This document shows, one piece after another, positions 37,731 to 47,875 of a stretch of DNA of 64,000 bases. Each line of letters starts with the position of its first letter. Position 1 is the stretch's first letter. Source of the stretch: a virus. Both the position numbers and the translations under genes were made by a program. The DNA lies in IMG/VR virus record IMGVR_UViG_3300036800_000073, positions 31,584 to 95,583 of that record. The stretch is one strand, 5' to 3'. The notes below the pieces were generated by a model that was given only the letters and a program-made list of their open reading frames with translations, did not search any database and was not told the DNA's origin.

Positions 37731-37767
37731 GGGGAAGTCTCCTCGTATCCAGTGTAAAGGAGTTCCG

Positions 37768-38826
37768 ATGCCGATTAGTAGCCGGTCCACGACGCCCTAC
37801 TTCGGCAGGAGCTATTCGCTTGAACTTACGCCCGCAGGCGGACCGGCAGCAGGCGAAACAATAATTATTACCAGCGACCAGTTCGAACCCAATGCGCTGC
37901 GCATCAGCTTCGATGTATCCCAGGTTGCGTTCGAAGCGTTCTGGACTGCGGAGATCGTGATCTACAACTGCGACGGAAGCTTTACCACCAGCAGCGGACA
38001 GTTGGTCAATCTATATGAAGCGGTGATCCAGGAGGGCGATACGGTCACGCTGCGAGCGGGCTATCAGGCCGATGGCGAACCGCGCGTAATCTGGACGGGC
38101 CCGGTGTTCTATACCGTGCACGACCGCTTAGATGTAACGGATCAGCGGCTTACCATTCACAGTATTGTGAATCGCCTTACGACCACTAACAACTTCGTCA
38201 ATACCATCGCTTCGGCGCTCAGCACTCAGTACGAGCAAGCATTGCAGATCGCGAAGGAATCGCAAACACCGTTCCAGATCAATGCGCCGCAGCTCCAAAA
38301 GCTAACGGCCAAGAGCCCGTGCGAAACAATCTTCTTCGGTAATCCTCATCACTATTTGAAGGCGCTGGCCGATCAAAACGATCTACTGTCGTGGTTCGAT
38401 TCGAAGGGCTGGAATACAGATGACGCGCTGCAACAGCCCATCGGAGATTTGGTTGCCACCTATGGGCCGGCCACTCCGTTGGACTCCTCTCCCACGAACC
38501 TGCCGGATGGCACTACCCTGAGTCTCATTGGTCAGCCGCAGCAAGTGCAGTTCGGCGTGGACTTTCGCGTGCTGCTCGATAACCGCGTTCAGATCAACCC
38601 GCCACTGCCGCGCGTGGGAGTACAAAGACAAGCAATCCGCCAAGCTGCTATCGCTTATCCGCTCGGCGCGTTTCCTCCGCTTCCCCTGCGAGACAGCTAT
38701 GTGGTGGTGGGTGTCCGGTTCATTGGCGATACCAGAGGCAACGCCTGGTATCTGGACATTACCGGGCGGACGCCGATTCTGTCAGCCGCGACCATGATCG
38801 GGATCGGGCAGAGCCAACAGAACTAA
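37768..38826 (+). CDS. baseplate hub protein
   Basis: YFGR, AEI.IYN, V.L.AGY, GDTRG..WY. Confidence 0.8.
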   Translation: MPISSRSTTPYFGRSYSLELTPAGGPAAGETIIITSDQFEPNALRISFDVSQVAFEAFWTAEIVIYNCDGSFTTSSGQLVNLYEAVIQEGDTVTLRAGYQADGEPRVIWTGPVFYTVHDRLDVTDQRLTIHSIVNRLTTTNNFVNTIASALSTQYEQALQIAKESQTPFQINAPQLQKLTAKSPCETIFFGNPHHYLKALADQNDLLSWFDSKGWNTDDALQQPIGDLVATYGPATPLDSSPTNLPDGTTLSLIGQPQQVQFGVDFRVLLDNRVQINPPLPRVGVQRQAIRQAAIAYPLGAFPPLPLRDSYVVVGVRFIGDTRGNAWYLDITGRTPILSAATMIGIGQSQQN

Positions 38827-38838
38827 AAAGGATGCCCA

Positions 38839-39513
38839 ATGCTCTCAGTTCAGGAACGGCTTGCAATCCCAACGGAATCAATCAACGGAGCGGCATGGCA
38901 GTGGGCCTGTATGCTGCGAAGTGCCATTCCGGGCAAGGTACTGGCGTTCGATCCGGTGAAACAAACCTGCACGGTGCAAGTCATGATTCAGGAGATCGTA
39001 TTCACTTCGCCGCCAGCGCAGCCGGGCTCTCCCTTGACGGGCACACAAAACATTCCGACTCCGGTAAGCATCAAGCCATTGCTGAATGTCCCGATCTGCA
39101 TGATGCGCGTACCAGGATGGTCGATCACGCTGCCCATTGTCGAGGAAACGGAATGCTTGCTAATCTTTATCGACACCGCCAAGGATGGATGGTGGACAAC
39201 CGGCAATCTTCAACCACCTGCAGCGCGTCGCCGTCATAGCCTGTCGGACGCCTTCGCGTTGTTCGGTCCCTGGTCGCAGCCGAATGTGCTGCCCAACTAT
39301 TCCACCAGCTCGATGCAGATTCGCTCGGACGATCAGAGCGTGATGATCGATCTTGCGCCAGGCGTCGCCACCATTACAGCTCCCACCGTCGCAGTGAATG
39401 CTGCCGATGTAAACATCACGGCGTCCGCGGATGTAAACATCACTGCTGCGGGTGTGGTCAACGTGACCGGATCGGACGTTACCATCATACCGCTCGACGG
39501 CGGGACTTTCTAA
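38839..39513 (+). CDS. baseplate spike (Gp138-like)
   Basis: IPGKV..FD...QT..VQ, ECL..F.D, RRH.LSD. Confidence 0.85.
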   Translation: MLSVQERLAIPTESINGAAWQWACMLRSAIPGKVLAFDPVKQTCTVQVMIQEIVFTSPPAQPGSPLTGTQNIPTPVSIKPLLNVPICMMRVPGWSITLPIVEETECLLIFIDTAKDGWWTTGNLQPPAARRRHSLSDAFALFGPWSQPNVLPNYSTSSMQIRSDDQSVMIDLAPGVATITAPTVAVNAADVNITASADVNITAAGVVNVTGSDVTIIPLDGGTF

Positions 39514-40805
39514 TGCCGTCCCCTTATGTTCTCTACAAAGGCACATCTGCGACGCTAGCTACCTTGCCTTCCACCGGCAAAGCGGGACTGTTGTTATTCA
39601 CCACAGACACGCTCCAAGTCTATGTTGACAGCGGGAGCGGCATTGGAATAGGACCCGGAATCGGAACCGCGTGGATTCCGGTCAGCGGAGGCGGCGGTGG
39701 CGGTGGCGTAACGCAGTTGGTGGCGGGCACAAACATCACGCTATCGCCAGCGGGCGGGACCGGGACAGTAACCGTCGCGTCTATAGGAGGCGGCGGTTCT
39801 ATTACGGATGTCGTGGCGGGAACCGGGTTGAATGGAGGAGGCTCCAGCGGTTCAGTCACGCTGAATCTCGATGTTCCCGTATCGGTTGACGATGGAGGCA
39901 CGGGCACAGGAACCCCGGCACTCGTAGCGGGAACCGGCATTTCGATCAGCGGCTCGTGGCCCGATCAAACCATTGCGGCGACCGGCATCCTTCCAGCCAA
40001 TACACCAGGCATCGCTAACAAATGGTTGTGGAGCTACGATCCCACGACGGGATTATTCACGCAGACGCAGCCGGCCTTCTCGAATGTAAGCGGTGTAGCG
40101 ACTCCGGCGCAGATCGGCACAGGCACGCCAGCGGGAGGCGACTATGTAGACGGTGGCACCGGGGCATGGACGCCATTGCCGATAGCCACGCCCAGCGTGC
40201 GCGGGCTCGTAAGTCCGGATGGAACAATCATTACGGATACGGCCGGAGCAATTACCGTCGCCAAGGCTTCTGCTGTGGCCTTCGGCGTGGTCGAAGTGGA
40301 CGGCACGACCATCGCGTCGATGTCGGGCGTGATCAGCGCGATACTGCCTTCTGGCGCTGCGAACCAGGTGCTGGCGACGCCCAACGGCTCCAGCGGTATT
40401 GCAGCAAACCGGTATCTGGTGATTGCGGATCTTCCGGCCAGCGTGCAAATGGCTCCGATCGGCGTAACGCTATTCGCGGTCGATATGAACAATCCTCAGT
40501 TCGTCGAAATCTACTTCAACGGAACCATCGCAAGCTGGACGCTCATTGGAGACGCTCCAGGCTCGGCCAGCGTGGACGTTTGGTTTGAGGCGGGAAGTGC
40601 GCCGCCTGCGGCTCCTCCGGTGCCCACTGTGGCAAACAAGATCAGCGCATCGGCTCCTATCTCTGTATCGTCCGCGCAGTCAGCGGCTGGCGGCACATCT
40701 ACGTGGACGACAAACCTCACGCAGTGGGGAATGCTGGCGTTCAATCTTACCGCCATGTCGGGCATGACCAAGGCATTCATACAAATTCAGGGAACGAGGA
40801 ATTAG
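39513..40805 (+). CDS. tail fibre-like protein
   Basis: Gly/Thr-rich; repeated VAGTGL/AGTNI segments. Confidence 0.65.
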   Translation: MPSPYVLYKGTSATLATLPSTGKAGLLLFTTDTLQVYVDSGSGIGIGPGIGTAWIPVSGGGGGGGVTQLVAGTNITLSPAGGTGTVTVASIGGGGSITDVVAGTGLNGGGSSGSVTLNLDVPVSVDDGGTGTGTPALVAGTGISISGSWPDQTIAATGILPANTPGIANKWLWSYDPTTGLFTQTQPAFSNVSGVATPAQIGTGTPAGGDYVDGGTGAWTPLPIATPSVRGLVSPDGTIITDTAGAITVAKASAVAFGVVEVDGTTIASMSGVISAILPSGAANQVLATPNGSSGIAANRYLVIADLPASVQMAPIGVTLFAVDMNNPQFVEIYFNGTIASWTLIGDAPGSASVDVWFEAGSAPPAAPPVPTVANKISASAPISVSSAQSAAGGTSTWTTNLTQWGMLAFNLTAMSGMTKAFIQIQGTRN

Positions 40806-40807
40806 TA

Positions 40808-41809
40808 ATGGCGATTTTTGGAGCGTGTTGCGAGGACGTGGACTGGCCGATATTTGGCACTGCTTCTGTGGACACAACCGCAGGGCATTTTCGCGCGGGC
40901 ATCTCACGGTGCGGCTTTTCTGTACCTAGCGTTGCTGCCTTCGTAAAGAGCTTGCCATTCGCTGCGGGCGCGGTTACAAGTATGCAGTTAAGCGCACAAA
41001 TATATAACGGAGCTAATATTCCAAATACCTCTTCGCAATTCCTCGCCTTTGGATTGTCTGGAACAAATAAATGCCTCGGAATTGGAAACGACGCTTCCAA
41101 TGGAAGCAAGTTGTGCATTTACAAATACGATGGAACGACCCGTACGCAACTAGCAGCGGAGGGCGGAGCCTCTTTTTCGACCCTCGGGATTCAGCGTCTC
41201 GATATGCAGGTGACAAATTATGGGGCATCTGCTACCGTCAACGTCTACATTAATGGCGTGTCAATCATCAGTTTTACGGGAGACGTGACCGTCTCCGGCA
41301 TGACCAATTTCGATTCTGTGTTCCTACCAACCCACACAACCTTCGCGTCGGGAGTTCTTATTTATTCGGAAGTCTTCTACTGCGACAGCAGTTCGCTCGC
41401 CATCGTCGCTCTTCAAGACCTTGCACTGACCGGACCTGGCACGACAACGGGCTGGACAAACAACACTTACACCAACATCAATGGCACAACCCTCTCAGAC
41501 CTGAATCCGACCTCAAACAACGCCACGGCGTCCCAGCAATACACGGTGACCACTCCGACGCCCGTTGTCTACGGAGTTGCGGCGGTACAGATCAGCGCTC
41601 GCATGGCTAAGTCCACCGGCTCAACGCCTACGCAAGTCAAACTCGGCTACGGCAGTGGAGGAACGGGTTATTTCGGCACTGGAGCAGCCAAGACGGTTAC
41701 GACCGGCTACCAGACTTACATCCAGGTGGACACCGTGAACCCGATCACCGGATTGGCATTTACGCAGAGCGATATCGCAAGCCTGCAATTTGACCTGACG
41801 GCGGCCTAA
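40808..41809 (+). CDS. tail-associated beta-sandwich (lectin-like) protein
   Basis: Thr/Gly/Ser-rich; coupled within the fibre cluster. Confidence 0.55.
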   Translation: MAIFGACCEDVDWPIFGTASVDTTAGHFRAGISRCGFSVPSVAAFVKSLPFAAGAVTSMQLSAQIYNGANIPNTSSQFLAFGLSGTNKCLGIGNDASNGSKLCIYKYDGTTRTQLAAEGGASFSTLGIQRLDMQVTNYGASATVNVYINGVSIISFTGDVTVSGMTNFDSVFLPTHTTFASGVLIYSEVFYCDSSSLAIVALQDLALTGPGTTTGWTNNTYTNINGTTLSDLNPTSNNATASQQYTVTTPTPVVYGVAAVQISARMAKSTGSTPTQVKLGYGSGGTGYFGTGAAKTVTTGYQTYIQVDTVNPITGLAFTQSDIASLQFDLTAA

Positions 41810-41812
41810 ATC

Positions 41813-42988
41813 ATGGCGACCTATCGCACATCGGCGGCGGGCGGCAACACCGTTTCAGGAACCAGCCCGACTGTGACCATTACGCCCGCGGTTGGCGATC
41901 TACTCATCGTCTTTTGTCAGGCAACCGGAAACACGAATGCCACACCAACCTGCTCTGATGCGAATACGGGCGGCTCTTACACCTTGATCGCCACAGCGGC
42001 GAGCAATTCGTCGCTAAACACGATGTCGGTATTCGTCCGCACGGCGACCGTTCCCAACACCACGTCAACCACGGTTACGGTAGCCTGCGGGGCACACGTC
42101 GCCGCCGAAGTGGTTGTTTACGCCTTGAGCGGAGCGACGGTCTACGGCTCGGGTGCAATTCAGCAGTTCATCACGCAGGCTAACCAGGCGGGGGCAACCG
42201 TTCCGGCTCCAACGTTCGCCAACCTGCCCAACCCGTACAACCTGATCCTGAGCGCGGTTGCAAACATTACCAACCCCGCTGGCGTAGCGGTCTCGGCGGG
42301 AAATTCTCCGACATGGACCCGCGATCAGAATGTAGGACAGACGGCCTGCGGGCTTTCGACAGAGCACACCAATAACAATCTCTCAACTAAGGCTGTGACA
42401 TGGGGCGGCACTTCCGCTTCCGCCTTTGCCTCGATGGCGATAGAGGTTGTGTCACCGCCTACGACCGCAGGCGTAAACGTTTCAAAGCTGGTGGGATATG
42501 GATTTGTGACCCCGTCAGCCGGTGTGGACGTTTCGAAGCTGGTCGGCTACGCCTTCGTGACTCCACCGCTCGGCGTCAATGTGTCGAAGCTGGTCGGCTA
42601 CGCCTTCGTGACTCCACCGCTCGGCGTCAATGTGTCAAAGCTGGTCGGCTACGCCTTCCTGACCGCAAATAACACCAATCCCCCGGTCTGGCCGGTGTTT
42701 ACGGTTCCGATTGGCTATGTGGGCAATCCGTACTCGATAGGGTGGGATTTAACGCCCGCTGCGGCTCCGACGACCTACACGCTGGTGGGCGGGGGCGCGT
42801 TTCCGGTTCCCGGCCTGACGCTAAACAGCGTCACGCTGGATCAGGGCAGCATCACCGGAACGCCGACAACCGTGGGAGTTTATTCATTCACCATTCGCGC
42901 CACAAACACCTACGGCTTCGCAGACCAACCGTTCACGATCACGATTACGGTTGGGGCTGGAGCAGGTTCTTCTACCTACGCAGGATAG
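41813..42988 (+). CDS. tail-associated protein with 17-aa repeats and C-terminal Ig-like domain
   Basis: PGLTL....G.ITGTPT..G.YSFTIRATN.YG Ig-like motif. Confidence 0.7.
   Translation: MATYRTSAAGGNTVSGTSPTVTITPAVGDLLIVFCQATGNTNATPTCSDANTGGSYTLIATAASNSSLNTMSVFVRTATVPNTTSTTVTVACGAHVAAEVVVYALSGATVYGSGAIQQFITQANQAGATVPAPTFANLPNPYNLILSAVANITNPAGVAVSAGNSPTWTRDQNVGQTACGLSTEHTNNNLSTKAVTWGGTSASAFASMAIEVVSPPTTAGVNVSKLVGYGFVTPSAGVDVSKLVGYAFVTPPLGVNVSKLVGYAFVTPPLGVNVSKLVGYAFLTANNTNPPVWPVFTVPIGYVGNPYSIGWDLTPAAAPTTYTLVGGGAFPVPGLTLNSVTLDQGSITGTPTTVGVYSFTIRATNTYGFADQPFTITITVGAGAGSSTYAG
42470..42660 (+). repeat. 51-bp coding tandem repeat, about 4 copies (GVNVSKLVGYAFVTPPL)
   Basis: Directly visible in DNA and protein. 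Confidence 0.9.
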
Positions 42989-42996
42989 GGGAAATC

Positions 42997-43395
42997 ATGG
43001 CAACCGCTGTAATGGCAGCAACCATATCTGTCCGGGCGCTCGATCCAATCACTTGGGAGCCGCTGCAAGGAAACGGACAAAGCTGTTTCATTTATAACCT
43101 CGCGGCCGTCGCTCAGATTCTGGCGCAGCGCTTAAAACTATTCGAGGGTGAATGGTGGGAAGACCTGGGCGACGGTCTGCCGCTGTTCCAGTCCATCCTT
43201 GGAGCCGCTGGAGGACAGCGCAATCTCCAGGTCGTGATCGAGCTGATCTCGCAGCGGATCACGCAAACGGTCTTCGTAACCGGCATCAGCTCGCTGACTG
43301 CCGCCTATAAGGGAAGAAAACTAACATTTGCCTGTACGGTCGAAACGCAATTCGGAAGCGTTTCTCTGGGCATACCATCCTCAGCCGCACTTTAG
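42997..43395 (+). CDS. baseplate wedge / sheath initiator
   Basis: RLKLFEGEWWEDL.DGLP..Q.ILG, V.TQFG. Confidence 0.8.
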   Translation: MATAVMAATISVRALDPITWEPLQGNGQSCFIYNLAAVAQILAQRLKLFEGEWWEDLGDGLPLFQSILGAAGGQRNLQVVIELISQRITQTVFVTGISSLTAAYKGRKLTFACTVETQFGSVSLGIPSSAAL

Positions 43396-43406
43396 AGGGA
43401 ACAATC

Positions 43407-44855
43407 ATGGCATATGCAGCGCCAGTAGTCACCGCAGCCGGATTGTCGGTCCCCTCGTATGCCGATATCCGCGGCTCTCTGACGGCCAGCTATCAAACCA
43501 TCTTCGGCCAGACTACCTACCTGGGAAATGATGCGGCGGACTATCAGTGGATCTCCGCTGTCGCTCTGAAGCTGAGCGATAATTGCAGCCTTTGCCAGTT
43601 GGATTACAATAACCGGGCTCCGCTCACCGCGATTGGAGCGGCGCTCGATTCCCTGGTCAAGCTCAATGGGCTCGCTCGCAAAACAGCATCGTTCTCCAGC
43701 GTGATCCTTACCTTGACCGGCACCGCTTTTGCGACGATCACGAATGGCATCGTGGCCGACGCGAACGGTATTTACTGGCTGCTGCCCTCGACAGTGACCA
43801 TCGGCGTAGCCGGTACGGTCAGCGTGAGCGCGATCTGCCAGCAAGCGGGCCCGGTCAGCGCGAATGCATACACAATCACTACGCCGGTAGGCGGCTTCAC
43901 CGGGGGATGGACTTCAGTCACTAATCCCAGCGCGGCGGTGGTCGGGACGCCCATCGAAACGGACTCGCAACTTCGCGCCCGGCAATCGCTTTCCGTGGCG
44001 TTGCCATCGCTCACGCGGCTTGCAGGGACGATTGCCGGGATTGCGGCGGTGCCTGGAGTTAGTTTGTACAACGTGGTCGAGAACCAAACCAATGTCACCG
44101 ACAGCTATGGCAATACCGGCCACTCGATCACCGCCGTCGTCCAGGGCGGGACCGATCTCGCCGTGGCCACTGCCATCTATGACAATCGCGGAATCGGCCC
44201 CAATACCCAGGCTGCTACGGTCCCGACGATGACCATTGTGCCGGTCACCGATGAAACCTCGGGGAACATCACAGATATTGGTTTCGTCCGTCCGGTCGGG
44301 GTGCCGATCTTTGTAGGCATCAGCATTCACGGCCTCACCGGGGTAGCGCCTACGAGTGCGGTCACCGCCAGCATTATTACGGCGCTTGTTGCCTATCTCA
44401 ACAACTTGCAGATCGGCGAAGAGGTTACGCAAAGTGCGCTCTATGGAGCTGCTCTTTCCGTGATACCAAATCTCGCGCAGCCCATTTTCTCCATTCGCGG
44501 TTTGACGTTGGGAACCGCCGCATCCGCGCTGTTTACCGCAACGCCGGGTGCCTCCATTGGTACGGGATACATTGTCGGAGATGTCTTGGTCCCCACTGAG
44601 GCCGGAGGTTCCGGTGGATCGTTCAGTGTTACCAGCGTGGACGGCAGTGGCGGAATCACCGGACTCAGCGCCCAGCCGGTCGCCGTGGGAACGGGATATC
44701 ACGTAGCAAACAATCTGCCCACTACTGGAGGCACAGGCCTGGGAGCCCAAATGAACATTACCGCCGTGGCTCCTATTACCACCACCGATATCGCCTTGCT
44801 GTTTTACCAACTCGCGTCGGCGACTACGGCAACCGTCGCACTGGCGGTGATCTGA
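43407..44855 (+). CDS. baseplate J-like protein
   Basis: G..LD.L..L.GL.RK, VTNP.AA..G...ETD.QLR.R, HSI..VV.GG. Confidence 0.9.
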   Translation: MAYAAPVVTAAGLSVPSYADIRGSLTASYQTIFGQTTYLGNDAADYQWISAVALKLSDNCSLCQLDYNNRAPLTAIGAALDSLVKLNGLARKTASFSSVILTLTGTAFATITNGIVADANGIYWLLPSTVTIGVAGTVSVSAICQQAGPVSANAYTITTPVGGFTGGWTSVTNPSAAVVGTPIETDSQLRARQSLSVALPSLTRLAGTIAGIAAVPGVSLYNVVENQTNVTDSYGNTGHSITAVVQGGTDLAVATAIYDNRGIGPNTQAATVPTMTIVPVTDETSGNITDIGFVRPVGVPIFVGISIHGLTGVAPTSAVTASIITALVAYLNNLQIGEEVTQSALYGAALSVIPNLAQPIFSIRGLTLGTAASALFTATPGASIGTGYIVGDVLVPTEAGGSGGSFSVTSVDGSGGITGLSAQPVAVGTGYHVANNLPTTGGTGLGAQMNITAVAPITTTDIALLFYQLASATTATVALAVI

Positions 44856-45473
44856 ATGTCTTCGATTCAATATCTTCCCGTTGGCTACTATGCGGGACTG
44901 CTGACATCAGAATACAAACCGGCCGTGAAAATGAATGCCTGGCTAACGGCTGTGCTTAACATCGCTACCGACATTTCTACCTGTCTCGCCAGCATGTCCG
45001 CGGCCTTCGATCTGGATTATGCGCTGGGAGTGCAGCTAGATATGCTGGGGCAGATCGTCGGAGTGGCACGCACGCTGCCTTTTCAGCCGAGCGGCGGCGT
45101 GAGTCCGGTTCTTGATGATCTGACCTACCGTCTGCTGCTCAAAGCGACCATCGCCAGCGATGCGTGGGATGGGAAGATTGGGAGTCTTTACCCCATTTGG
45201 GGATCGCTGTTTACGGGTGGGCGAATCGCCATTATTGACAACCAAAATATGACTGCCACCGTTGCGCTGAGCGGATCATTCTCCTCGATCACTCAGGACA
45301 TGATCGCCGGGTATGCAACCAACGGGGCAAGCTCCGGGCCGATCATCAACGGGCTGATTATTCCGAAGCCGCAGGCGGTCCAATACAACTACTCCTTCAA
45401 CGACTTGCCTGTCTTCGGCTTCGACCGCGAGGATGCGTTCATTGCCGGATTGGGCACAGGAAAGTGGAGCTAA
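44856..45473 (+). CDS. baseplate wedge protein (DUF2612-like)
   Basis: FDLD.A.G.QLD.LG.IVG..R, DD..YR.LLKA.I, DNQNMT. Confidence 0.85.
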   Translation: MSSIQYLPVGYYAGLLTSEYKPAVKMNAWLTAVLNIATDISTCLASMSAAFDLDYALGVQLDMLGQIVGVARTLPFQPSGGVSPVLDDLTYRLLLKATIASDAWDGKIGSLYPIWGSLFTGGRIAIIDNQNMTATVALSGSFSSITQDMIAGYATNGASSGPIINGLIIPKPQAVQYNYSFNDLPVFGFDREDAFIAGLGTGKWS

Positions 45474-45474
45474 T

Positions 45475-46467
45475 ATGGGCAGCAGCAATATTCTTCCTTG
45501 GGATCAGAGTCAGACAAATATGGACGACGATCCGACGTATCTTGCCGATACGCAGCGCGTGGATGGCGGCATTGATGGAGTGGAGTTTCCGTCAAAGACG
45601 TTCAACAAATTAGCTCTTCAAACCAGCGGAGTCTCATTTGCGGTCGGTCAGTTCCTGGCCTCCAAGGGATTCACCATTACCGATTCCGATCTGTGGGGAA
45701 TCGTAGCGGCCCTGCAATCATTATTCGCGAATGTGCCGGGACGCACTCAACTCCTGTCGGTCACCTATTCGCCGCTGGTGACTCTCAACGTGGGAGTCGC
45801 ACTCGGCTTCGAGCTTACCCTTGCCGGCAATGTCGCGCTCACCATCACCGGGCTGAATGCCGGAGACACCGTCCTGCTGTTTTTTATCCAGAACAGCGCA
45901 GGAAGTCATACCATTACCTGGCCGAGTAACACCAGCGGGTTCGGACAACCGGACCCGAATCCAAATACTTTATGTGTAATGGTGGGGAAGGTGTCCGCCG
46001 ATCTCATTCTCCGCTCGTCGGCTCCTGCGATGACCGCGACCGGAATCAACAACACGGCGATTGGTCAGGATGCGGCTGCGCCGGGAACCTTTACCAATGT
46101 AGTCGTGTCCGGATCGCTGACGGCTCCGACTCCCGCTTCCTCCGACAACAGTACAGAGGCGGCGACTACGGCGTGGTGCAAGTTCGGGTTTGCCGTATCG
46201 ATCGGAGTGAACGGATACCTGAAACTACCGACCTGGCTGGGCGGCCTGCTCCTCGAATGGGGCACAGCGAATTCAGCTTCGTCGTCGCAGTCGATCACGT
46301 TTCCCCGAGCGTTCGGCAACGTATTCAGCGTGGTATGCACGCCGCTGAACTATGGGCCCAATGCTGGTCGCGCGTCTCCTTATCTCAACGGCCTCACCAC
46401 TACCGGCTTTACGCAAACCTCTGCCGGATCGACCAACTCGATCTTCTGGTTTGCTGTCGGTAACTGA
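45475..46467 (+). CDS. tail fibre protein
   Basis: APT....DNST..ATTAW, NGY.KLP...GL..EWG...FP..F C-terminal fibre domain. Confidence 0.8.
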   Translation: MGSSNILPWDQSQTNMDDDPTYLADTQRVDGGIDGVEFPSKTFNKLALQTSGVSFAVGQFLASKGFTITDSDLWGIVAALQSLFANVPGRTQLLSVTYSPLVTLNVGVALGFELTLAGNVALTITGLNAGDTVLLFFIQNSAGSHTITWPSNTSGFGQPDPNPNTLCVMVGKVSADLILRSSAPAMTATGINNTAIGQDAAAPGTFTNVVVSGSLTAPTPASSDNSTEAATTAWCKFGFAVSIGVNGYLKLPTWLGGLLLEWGTANSASSSQSITFPRAFGNVFSVVCTPLNYGPNAGRASPYLNGLTTTGFTQTSAGSTNSIFWFAVGN

Positions 46468-46504
46468 AGTTCTTCGCACGGCAACCGATCATTCAGGACC
46501 AATC

Positions 46505-47875
46505 ATGCGCAAACTGATTATTCTCGCCGGCCTCATGCTGGCGGCGGCGCTGTGCGCTCAGACAGTCACGCCGAACATCGCGTTGCAGCTTCCGGCCAAT
46601 GGTTCGCAGAATTGGAACCTGCCTCTCAATTACAACTTCACGCTGCTGGACCTGTATCTCGGCAATGCCCGGCCTCTTCCCCTCGGCATGACTGCGCCGC
46701 TATGGAACGCGACGACCGGGATCCAATTGAATGGCAGCTACGGCCTCACTGGACAGTGCGTGGTATCCACCGGGACTGGATCGGTCTGGCAGTCGTGCGG
46801 ATCGGGCGGGGCACCGGCACAGCTAATTGAGCCTGGCTTTATTCCACCGGCTGGCGGCCAATATGTCTTGCTCAAGCCTACGATCTGCGCGGCCACTCCC
46901 GAGTTGGCCAACACTACCGGAACCGGATACTGCGCAAGCGATAACAGCGGTGGAGGAATAGCCTGCGCCCGCTCCGGACCCCTCAGCGAATGCTTTTATC
47001 GTCTGGCCTTCAGCGGCTTCACGCTGCCAAGCTATGTCTTACAGTCGAATATCACCGCGGTCTATGCCGTCGCCAGTACAAGTTCGAGTGGCAATGAGCA
47101 CTATGCTTTAGTGGGTTTGGATTGCGGCCCCGGCCCCCACTATGTGACTCCTCAGGGTGGGTCCGGTCTGAATAGCTGGTCGCTCCAGCAAGTATCGATG
47201 CTGTGGGGATCGGTGCCGGCGATCAGCAGCGTAAGTTGCGTGACATCGGGGGGAGCGACAATTGGCGGAGGGCTTGGATCAAGCGAAGTGGCCGCAGTTG
47301 GATTGTATGTGTTTTACACCGGAGCAGCGCCGCCAGCCGATACCAATGCGCAGACTGCGTGGCCTCTTACTTACACGACCCCGTATCTGTCCATCAGTTT
47401 CCCCTACGATGTGGCGACGGACCCAATCAACACCAATGCCTACGTCGCTACCGTACCGGCCTATCTGAACCTGGCTAATACGACCGCCGCCACCGGGCCT
47501 CCTGTTGATACGACGGTGAGCCTGGTCGTTTCCAACCCAAGCACCAGCACCACGCCCACGCTCGCGGTCAATGGCCAAGCCGCCGCGACCATTGTGGGGC
47601 CGACAGGGAACCCATTGGTATCGGGCGACATATCGTCGACTTATCCAGCCAGACTGCTCTGGGACGGCACCAATTACGAACTGCAAAACCCGCAAGTCTC
47701 TGGCGGCATCGCCACGGGGATCTCCGCCTATACAGTGGCGACGTTGCCGGCAAGTCCACAAGCGCATACGATTTATCCAGTACGCGATGGTGTAACGTCT
47801 ACCGATTGCAGCACCGGGGGCGGCACCAGCCATGTCATGTGCTATTTCGATGGCTCAACCTGGGCGGCATTTTAA
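46505..47875 (+). CDS. signal-peptide-bearing tail-fibre-like protein
   Basis: MRKLIILAGLMLAAALCA|Q, then TPNIALQLP..G..NW..PLN.NF..LD; 10 Cys in the predicted mature part. Confidence 0.7.
   Translation: MRKLIILAGLMLAAALCAQTVTPNIALQLPANGSQNWNLPLNYNFTLLDLYLGNARPLPLGMTAPLWNATTGIQLNGSYGLTGQCVVSTGTGSVWQSCGSGGAPAQLIEPGFIPPAGGQYVLLKPTICAATPELANTTGTGYCASDNSGGGIACARSGPLSECFYRLAFSGFTLPSYVLQSNITAVYAVASTSSSGNEHYALVGLDCGPGPHYVTPQGGSGLNSWSLQQVSMLWGSVPAISSVSCVTSGGATIGGGLGSSEVAAVGLYVFYTGAAPPADTNAQTAWPLTYTTPYLSISFPYDVATDPINTNAYVATVPAYLNLANTTAATGPPVDTTVSLVVSNPSTSTTPTLAVNGQAAATIVGPTGNPLVSGDISSTYPARLLWDGTNYELQNPQVSGGIATGISAYTVATLPASPQAHTIYPVRDGVTSTDCSTGGGTSHVMCYFDGSTWAAF

Noticed and set aside
39513-47875. Diversity-generating retroelement or invertible fibre cassette
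   Set aside because: I found no reverse transcriptase, invertase, or template/variable repeat pair in the window.
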